A stretch of DNA of 64,000 nt from Bacteroidota bacterium. Lineage in GTDB: Bacteria > Bacteroidota > Ignavibacteria > Kapaibacteriales > DASPKH01. Position 1 is the stretch's first letter, and the number at the start of each line of letters is the position of its first letter. The stretch is from the NCBI GenBank assembly GCA_040386315.1, contig JAZKFS010000017.1:19251-83250 (forward strand). Reading direction: 5' to 3'. A program made the translations under genes and the position numbers. Under the pieces are notes generated by a model that was given only the letters and a program-made list of their open reading frames with translations, did no database searches and was not told the DNA's origin. Shown here piece after piece: positions 57,388 through 64,000 of the stretch.

Positions 57388-59496
57388 ATGAAATATATAT
57401 GTATCATCTTGCTGAGTTTCTTTGTGGCTCACTCCTCCTATGCGCAGCCAAAGGGCGAGTTTAAAAAGCTCTATAAAAACGGGCGTGTGTACCAGGAGTC
57501 GAAGAAGTTGCAGGTTTTAAAAGGGTTGGGTTTTACACTCAATACGTATTATGACAATGGCGAGATAATGCGCCAGGAAGAATGGGCAAATGGAAAGCGC
57601 AATGGCCTGACAAAAATATTTTTAAAAAACAACCAACTTGTAAAAGAAGCGCGTTTTCGTGATGATTACTTGCTGGAATACACAGCTTTTAAAAATAATC
57701 AACCCTACACCAAAATCAGCGCCGATCGCAGAACGATCATCAATAAAGGAAGACTAATTACTCCACGCTGGGATAAATATTATGAAATGCGGGGAAGCAA
57801 CCGCCTACTGGTATTCGACAAAAAGCAACTTGTTGACTGGATGAGTGGATGGATGATACCGGAAGAAGTGACTCAGATAATGGAAGATCTGGCTACTTAT
57901 TATGATTCGCAAACCAAAGCTGGTGGCGCTGATGATATGGTGACATGCGGAGGTAGTACAAGTATCATGAATGACCTGGGCGCTGATATGACAAGTCTGG
58001 GCAGCGGGGCAGGTTCCGGCAAGACTACGAGTAGAACCTCTATGGGTAGCAGCCAGCAGAATAATAAGAGAACAACCGCTCTTGAAGCTGTAGGAGCAAT
58101 TGCCAACACATGTGCAGGCACCTCCAAAGCCAACCTTGCAGGTGGCAGCGGCGGTATTGCCGGGATGAATGCTTCCCGAAACAAGAAAGTAAATAAAGCC
58201 CGTGCTACTATGGCAAATGCCATAGCAGAATGTCAAAGCGGCAATCGTGGTGGAAATGGTATGTTTGCGATGGATATAGGAGGCATATTTAAAGGTGCTG
58301 CCTTTGTCGAAGAAATGATATTAGCAGAAGCCGCTGAAGCTGGAACTATGGTAACGACTGCAGTTGAAGCTACTGAGGGAGCGGCTATCATTGATGCAAC
58401 CATTGTAGATGGCTTAGCAACCGGGGCAACAACTGAAACTGCTGCGGCAAGTGTAGCTCGCGGTGCAGCCGTAAATGCAGTTCGGGGTTTTATCCTGGCA
58501 GATGTAGCTGTTGCTGCTACCGGTGTAACGGTAGCAGCAGGAGTAGGCTGGGCAATTGGTACATGGTTCAATGAAACTGCTGCGGGTAAAGCTCTTACAG
58601 CTGCTATAGCCGAAGCGCAGGAGTCAGGTGACGCGGCACTTCAAAAAGCAATAGCTGATGCTGCTGCCGCTCAGGCAGCTGCGGAAGAAAAACGAGCAAA
58701 AGAAGAAAATGCAAAGAAGGAAGAAGACAAAAAGAAAGAAGACGATAAAACAAAAACCGGGGGCAGCACACCTAAGACTCCCTTGCCGGATGGCATTGGC
58801 TCCGGAGATCCATGCGAGCGGATGAAAGCTTTTAACAGATATTGTGAAAGCACAGACTGGAAAGACATGCGGTGTGAAAATTTTGTCAGGTTAGTCAACG
58901 GTTGTAAAGGTAATATTACGCAAATGTATGTAGCCGGTGACGGTAATGTCATGGACGTAGGCTGTCCGGGCGGGGGTACTGATCAGGAAAAGCGTGCACA
59001 GCAGGCGGCAATCGACTGTCAGAAAAGAGGAATGATCAGTCAGCCGGGAGGAGATGGCATTAGTCCATGCCGGTCAGGTAACATAGACCGGGCAATTCCC
59101 GGAGGGAATAATCCTTTAGTGACTGATCCTGTTCGTGGAGAGTTCAGCGATGCTTTTTCAAATACTGCTGTGAAAGTAATCTCAGCTAATGAACTCGGAG
59201 CTGCTTTAAATTCAGCGAAACCTACAATGATCGTATTTATGGACCCTGATTGCTCATCATGCAAGGACTTCAACCGTACTTTAAAAGACCCTTCAATGGC
59301 GGCTTCATATGCCGGAATGGACGTGCGTGTTGTTGATGCGTCTCAATCTCCTGACCTGCTCCAGCAGTATAATATCCAATATTTCCCATCATATTTTGTG
59401 GCAAAAAGCGGAAAGAAAACTGACATGTCCATCGGTGCCATGAAGCCTGCTGACCTGAAAAAGTTCATGACAGATAATACCAATGGAATGAAATAA
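57388..59496 (+). CDS. Hypothetical secreted multi-domain protein (N-terminal YwqK/MORN-like repeats, central Ala/Gly/Thr-rich low-complexity region, Cys-rich segment, C-terminal thioredoxin-like CxxC domain)
   Basis: Signal peptide; YYDNGEIMRQEEWANGKRNG repeats; …MIVFMDPDCSSCKDF… CxxC about 90 aa from the C-terminus. Confidence 0.5.
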   Translation: MKYICIILLSFFVAHSSYAQPKGEFKKLYKNGRVYQESKKLQVLKGLGFTLNTYYDNGEIMRQEEWANGKRNGLTKIFLKNNQLVKEARFRDDYLLEYTAFKNNQPYTKISADRRTIINKGRLITPRWDKYYEMRGSNRLLVFDKKQLVDWMSGWMIPEEVTQIMEDLATYYDSQTKAGGADDMVTCGGSTSIMNDLGADMTSLGSGAGSGKTTSRTSMGSSQQNNKRTTALEAVGAIANTCAGTSKANLAGGSGGIAGMNASRNKKVNKARATMANAIAECQSGNRGGNGMFAMDIGGIFKGAAFVEEMILAEAAEAGTMVTTAVEATEGAAIIDATIVDGLATGATTETAAASVARGAAVNAVRGFILADVAVAATGVTVAAGVGWAIGTWFNETAAGKALTAAIAEAQESGDAALQKAIADAAAAQAAAEEKRAKEENAKKEEDKKKEDDKTKTGGSTPKTPLPDGIGSGDPCERMKAFNRYCESTDWKDMRCENFVRLVNGCKGNITQMYVAGDGNVMDVGCPGGGTDQEKRAQQAAIDCQKRGMISQPGGDGISPCRSGNIDRAIPGGNNPLVTDPVRGEFSDAFSNTAVKVISANELGAALNSAKPTMIVFMDPDCSSCKDFNRTLKDPSMAASYAGMDVRVVDASQSPDLLQQYNIQYFPSYFVAKSGKKTDMSIGAMKPADLKKFMTDNTNGMK

Positions 59497-59535
59497 TTTT
59501 TTAAAGAAATTCTTTTAAAAACCCTTTAAAAAATT

Positions 59536-62178
59536 ATGTGCAGATTCACTTTCTTTTTAAAAACAATCATCTGTTTCTGGTGTACAATGATGTACTCCGC
59601 CGCATTTGCACAGACTGATGCGCCCGCGCTTGCACCTATTCTCATCGGCCCATACGACGGCTCGGACGTCGTAGAGCAGCAGGTGATCTGGACGTGGTTT
59701 ATGCAGTCCAAAGCAGGCGGCGCAGATATTTTCTGTGACCTCGTCGTTGCTGAAATTTTAAGCGGACAAACACCAGAGGAAGCGCTGCGGCAAAATCCTC
59801 CGGTGATCCTGCGGAAAAATCTCACAACATCTGCCTGGCAGACGGGTTTTAACGCGCGTGAACTGCATGACGGAAGTAAATATGCCTGGCAGGTAATTGC
59901 AAAAGTAAAACGTGACGGTGCAGCAACAGCCGAACGCATTGTAAGCACAAGTGAGATATGGACATTTCTCTATCAGGCGCCGAAAGAAATCGTTGAGGAA
60001 AAGCCGGAACCTCCGCAATCTTTCATCGCAGATACAGCGCTTCCGCCGTCATCTGCGGCGGGTGAGGAATCGCATCCTGACGCTTTATCAACAAATCCGC
60101 TTACGGATACAGTTACTGTTGAAAATCGTGATACGGCAATTACTTCTGATAATTCTGCTTTTGCTTTTGATGGAGCAGCACGATTAACGCTGGAACATTC
60201 TAATCAAAGGCCGATTTTAGCCGCAAGTCCGCCGAATTTTGCACGCTGGCAGATCGATCCTACGATCAAGTTGTTTGGATCGCCATTGCGCTTAAATTTT
60301 CTTTTGTCAACAGAATCGCTCGCCGGGCAGCAGGCGGAAGAGCGTAATCTGCTCAGTCGCGGCGCTATCGGCAGTCAGAATGTTCGGAGCGGACTAAATC
60401 TTGCATTGCGACAGCAACTGGATGAAGAAATCAATCGTTTGGAAAGCAAACGCGATTCTGCTTCGATTGATACATTGCGAACATTTTCACTCTCAGATTC
60501 ACTGGCCATTGCTTCGCGTTTGAATGAATTGTATGAATTTCAAAACACTGATCTTAGTCAGAATATGGAAGCGCTTCAGCAGTTCGGGCTGGCTTCTGAA
60601 GAGCAAAAAGTATTGTCTGATTTTCCTGCATTCGGTTTTGGTAATGTCGCGCCGCGCTTTGGTAAATTGCTTTTAAATAATGTCACTGTGAACGGTGGAT
60701 TTGTTGAGTATAATCCTTCCAGTTTATATGTGGCAGGTTCTATCGGCAAAGTGCAGCGACTGGCGGACATCAGCAATGTTTCGCAGGATGTGATCGAATC
60801 TGATTCGTTGCTTTTTAAAAATCAAACTTTATCACAGTTTGAATTATTCAGGAATCTTTATTCCATGCGCGTAGGCTTTGGAAAAGTGAATAGCGATCAT
60901 ATTATTCTCACGGGTTTATACGCTGAAGACGATGAGCAGAGCGTGGCTTTGCAAAATACCGTCAATAGAATTCGAATTGACACCGCACTTGTCGTTCTAG
61001 ACAGTTTGGGCGAAATAATTGATTTGCGTGATTCCACATTTTTCCGGCAGAATACGATTATTTCAAAGCAAAAAAACTACGGTATTGGAGCTGTCGCACA
61101 TTACGAACCGCCAATTGAAAACCTGACTCTTGACGGTGAAGCAAACCTGATGTATTTTGAAGATAAAGGAAATTTTGACGTTTTAAAAAGAATTGAGCCG
61201 GTGAAAAATCTTCCTGATTTCCTGCGAAAAGGTGAAAGTGATAGCACAATTACCGATTACAGTTTTGCCGCAAAAGCTATTTACACACCTTTTAAAAAAA
61301 CTGCAAATTTCTCTACGGGAATCCGCTACGTTGGCGGCGGCTACCGTTCGGTGGGAACGGCGGGACTTCGCACAGATGCACTGCGCTGGGACGGGCTTTA
61401 TACGCAGACTTTTTTTAAAAAGCAGTTTCGGTTATCTGTAAATTCATCGCTTGATCAATCGGGTTTTAAAGACCTTGTGAATTCTTCGGATATTCTTTCA
61501 ACCGGTGCAGGAATTGATGTCAGAATTCCTCAATTTCCAGCATTCCATCTCGGCTATCAACGTCACGCACAGTCGTTAAAAACAAATAAAAATGTCACCG
61601 AATTAAAAAGCGAAGTAGATAATGCGATAGATAATGTCACGACGAATCTTACCTATTTATGGGGCAGCAATTTCGCACGAATGTCCAGCTTTGCTTCGTA
61701 CAATTTTCAAAACGGTTCATCGAATTCAGCAGATGAACAAAGCAAGCCGGATTCGGTTGGAATATTTACTTCTCAGGCAGTTCTGCTGAGTCAGCAAATT
61801 AGTTTCGGCCCGCAGATCAGTTTGGGAATTACCGGTAACTACACAAAAACGCGTTCATTTCCTTTAAAAGAATTTAAAATTATTAATCCTGATGATTCCA
61901 CTGATTTTACAGCAGGAACACGCCACGCTGAGGAAACTGCCGAAGTTTCAGGCTTTGGTGTTTCGGTTATTACCAATCCTTTCTCCTGGATAGAATCTTC
62001 CGTTGGCGCGACGTATTTTGATCTGGGGATTAATAGCTCATTTGCATTTCACAGCAATACAACACTACGCTTTTTAAAAGATTTTTCCACAGATATCCAG
62101 CTTTCGTACAGGCGGTTGCCCGGCGTGAAAATACCGGAGGAAATTGTTGCAAGAATTGTGAATAATTATACGTGGTGA
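59536..62178 (+). CDS. Large hypothetical secreted or outer-membrane protein (880 aa), possible beta-barrel
   Basis: Signal peptide; Ser/Asn/Thr-rich alternating pattern; C-terminal aromatic residue (…NNYTW). Confidence 0.45.
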   Translation: MCRFTFFLKTIICFWCTMMYSAAFAQTDAPALAPILIGPYDGSDVVEQQVIWTWFMQSKAGGADIFCDLVVAEILSGQTPEEALRQNPPVILRKNLTTSAWQTGFNARELHDGSKYAWQVIAKVKRDGAATAERIVSTSEIWTFLYQAPKEIVEEKPEPPQSFIADTALPPSSAAGEESHPDALSTNPLTDTVTVENRDTAITSDNSAFAFDGAARLTLEHSNQRPILAASPPNFARWQIDPTIKLFGSPLRLNFLLSTESLAGQQAEERNLLSRGAIGSQNVRSGLNLALRQQLDEEINRLESKRDSASIDTLRTFSLSDSLAIASRLNELYEFQNTDLSQNMEALQQFGLASEEQKVLSDFPAFGFGNVAPRFGKLLLNNVTVNGGFVEYNPSSLYVAGSIGKVQRLADISNVSQDVIESDSLLFKNQTLSQFELFRNLYSMRVGFGKVNSDHIILTGLYAEDDEQSVALQNTVNRIRIDTALVVLDSLGEIIDLRDSTFFRQNTIISKQKNYGIGAVAHYEPPIENLTLDGEANLMYFEDKGNFDVLKRIEPVKNLPDFLRKGESDSTITDYSFAAKAIYTPFKKTANFSTGIRYVGGGYRSVGTAGLRTDALRWDGLYTQTFFKKQFRLSVNSSLDQSGFKDLVNSSDILSTGAGIDVRIPQFPAFHLGYQRHAQSLKTNKNVTELKSEVDNAIDNVTTNLTYLWGSNFARMSSFASYNFQNGSSNSADEQSKPDSVGIFTSQAVLLSQQISFGPQISLGITGNYTKTRSFPLKEFKIINPDDSTDFTAGTRHAEETAEVSGFGVSVITNPFSWIESSVGATYFDLGINSSFAFHSNTTLRFLKDFSTDIQLSYRRLPGVKIPEEIVARIVNNYTW

Positions 62179-62278
62179 TAAAGACTGGAATTCTTTTTAA
62201 AAGCCGTAGTTTTAAAAGATTTTATTCATGCTTTTTTAAAAGTATTTATAGAGAGGTTCTTCTGTGCCGGACGTCAAT

Positions 62279-64000
62279 ATGCAGGCAAAAATCAGGCAAT
62301 TAGAAAAGCAAATTGAAAAAGCAAAAAACAATGATGAAAAAGTTTTGCTGCTGCTTTCCATGAGCGCTTTGGTGAAACGCTCCGATGTTCGCCTTGCAGA
62401 AGAAAAAGGATATGAGGCGCTTGAGATTGCAAGGCGTAGCGATAATCTGCATAATCTTGGTAGAGCATTATATTTTCTGGCAGATATAAATAATAATGTA
62501 AAAACGGATACTGAAAAAGCGCTGGAATTGGCCCTGGAAGCGATGGAATATTTTTTAAAAGCTAACGACAATAGCTACATTAGCCGTACGCTGGGGATGA
62601 TAGGCCGTATTTACACGAATCGCTCGGAATTTTTAAAAGCGCATGAATATCTTTTAAAAGGCCTTGAAATTGCTATTGTCTCCGGCGATGCAGATTGTAT
62701 CCATACGGCTCATAATAGGCTTGGCATGTATTACCATCACCACGGTGAATACGATGCGGCGATCCGCGAGCAGGAGTTCGCACTTCAGGCAGCCAGATCA
62801 ATGAATAATATACCTGTCATGGCCTCTGTTTTAAACAATCTTTCGCTTTCATATCTCGATGGTGGTAATTATGCACAGGCGTATAAATATGCTGCTGAAA
62901 GCCTCCTGATGCGGCAAAACACAGATGATATTACAGGCATTTCTAATTGCCATATAGCTCTTGCGCTTGTCCTTATACGTTTTAATGATTATGAAAAAGC
63001 ACTTGAGCATTTGTACAAAGCGTTGGCGCTCCGGCGCGGAATAGCTGATAATGCGCTAACTGCCCGGATTCTTTTTTATATCGGTGGTATATATTTTGAT
63101 CGCGCCCAATTCCGTCCGGCACTGGAAGAATTCCTGAAGTCAAAGGAATTACTTGATGGCTTTCACCATCCGATCACGGAATTAAATACTCTGCTCTATA
63201 TCGGTGCATCCAAGTCTGAACTTGGTGATGTACACGGAGGCATAAAAGATATAGAACACGCATATCGCAAACTAACAGAGCTTCAGGATATTAAATATAT
63301 TTCTCAGGCATGTTGCCATTTTGCCGCAGTATATAGAAAAGCCGGTGAAAATAACACTTCATTGTTTTATGGATTGAAAGGAATACGTGCCGGCTACGCA
63401 TCAAATTTTAAAGAAGCTCTTATAAAAAATTATCTTGAATTAGCTATTACCTACAATCAAAACAATCAGTTTTTAAAAGCGCAGAAAGCTGCTTCAAAAG
63501 CTGCCGCAATAGCCGAAGAATGTAATAATAAAGAACTTCTGCCAAAAGCTTTTAAAATCCTGGCTGAATCATATTTGCAGGGTAACGATTTTCAGAAATC
63601 CGTGAATTTTTATAAACGGTATGTAGAAGCAAAGGAAGAGTTTGTAAATGACTGTACAAACCACAAAATTCAAACGCTTCTTGTTGAATTCGATGTAGAG
63701 CAAATGAAGCACGAAGCAGAAATAAACAAACTGAAATCAGAACAATACGAGCGGGAGCTTGCTTTGAAAAATAAGGAATTAACAACATTAGCGTTGCACC
63801 TTGTCAACAAAAACGAGTTTTTAAAAACAATCGGCGACCAGATCTCCGAAGATGTTTCCAATACAAGTCAGATTATTAAAAATCTTTCAAAACTTGTAGA
63901 AAACGACGCAAACACAGAAGCCGAATGGAAGCTTTTTGAAAAGCAGTTTATACAGGTAAATCCTGATTTTACCACACGTCTTGCTGAAACATCAGGCGAA
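62279..64000 (+). CDS. TPR-repeat regulator (probably C-terminal LuxR-type HTH); 3' end beyond the window
   Basis: Repeated …LNNLS…Y..A… TPR units, a coiled coil, then …TLALHLVNKNEFLKTIGDQI…FEKQFIQVNPDFTTRLAE…, typical of Bacteroidetes TPR/HTH regulators; no stop before 64000. Confidence 0.6.
   Translation, partial: MQAKIRQLEKQIEKAKNNDEKVLLLLSMSALVKRSDVRLAEEKGYEALEIARRSDNLHNLGRALYFLADINNNVKTDTEKALELALEAMEYFLKANDNSYISRTLGMIGRIYTNRSEFLKAHEYLLKGLEIAIVSGDADCIHTAHNRLGMYYHHHGEYDAAIREQEFALQAARSMNNIPVMASVLNNLSLSYLDGGNYAQAYKYAAESLLMRQNTDDITGISNCHIALALVLIRFNDYEKALEHLYKALALRRGIADNALTARILFYIGGIYFDRAQFRPALEEFLKSKELLDGFHHPITELNTLLYIGASKSELGDVHGGIKDIEHAYRKLTELQDIKYISQACCHFAAVYRKAGENNTSLFYGLKGIRAGYASNFKEALIKNYLELAITYNQNNQFLKAQKAASKAAAIAEECNNKELLPKAFKILAESYLQGNDFQKSVNFYKRYVEAKEEFVNDCTNHKIQTLLVEFDVEQMKHEAEINKLKSEQYERELALKNKELTTLALHLVNKNEFLKTIGDQISEDVSNTSQIIKNLSKLVENDANTEAEWKLFEKQFIQVNPDFTTRLAETSGE

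Noticed and set aside
58233-58571. 112-aa Ala/Thr/Pro-rich ORF on the minus strand
   Set aside because: Antisense of the low-complexity Ala/Gly/Thr region of gene 57388..59496
1-64000. tRNA, rRNA or tmRNA genes
   Set aside because: No T-loop-like GGTTCGAATCC-type motifs or cloverleaf-compatible segments found in intergenic regions

Overview
This is a 64-kb chromosomal window with about 50 supportable CDS and no rRNA, tRNA or CRISPR array. It most likely comes from a Bacteroidota/FCB-group bacterium. The evidence is several Por/T9SS C-terminal sorting domains and a Bacteroidetes-style arginine operon (GNAT, argG, argC, argD, argF', argB, argE, argH). All protein calls are from motif recognition by eye; no database search was possible.

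Main blocks, in order:
- A minus-strand cluster: MerR regulator, WD40 protein, OmpA-family protein (in-frame TGA), Tat-exported flavin oxidoreductase, vWA protein.
- Three tandem paralogous beta-propeller (SBBP-like) T9SS cargo genes with near-identical sorting domains.
- An FAD-binding oxidoreductase flanked by nested palindromic repeat elements.
- A WG-repeat protein gene bracketed by ~100-bp direct repeats.
- A T9SS multicopper oxidase, the DEAD-box helicase DeaD, a cytoplasmic TPR histidine kinase next to a STAND-type AAA+/TPR ATPase, serS and ald.
- The arginine operon, with two MITE-like insertions and a disrupted argH.
- A Crp/Fnr regulator, two tandem small paralogs and catalase HPII (katE).
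- A plus-strand block of three large secreted or outer-membrane proteins of unknown function, followed by a TPR regulator cut by the window end.

The most striking global signal is extreme over-representation of the palindromic octamer TTTTAAAA (a highly-iterated-palindrome-like signature). It occurs in coding sequence, intergenic DNA and terminator loops. At least four families of palindromic interspersed repeats sit in intergenic DNA.
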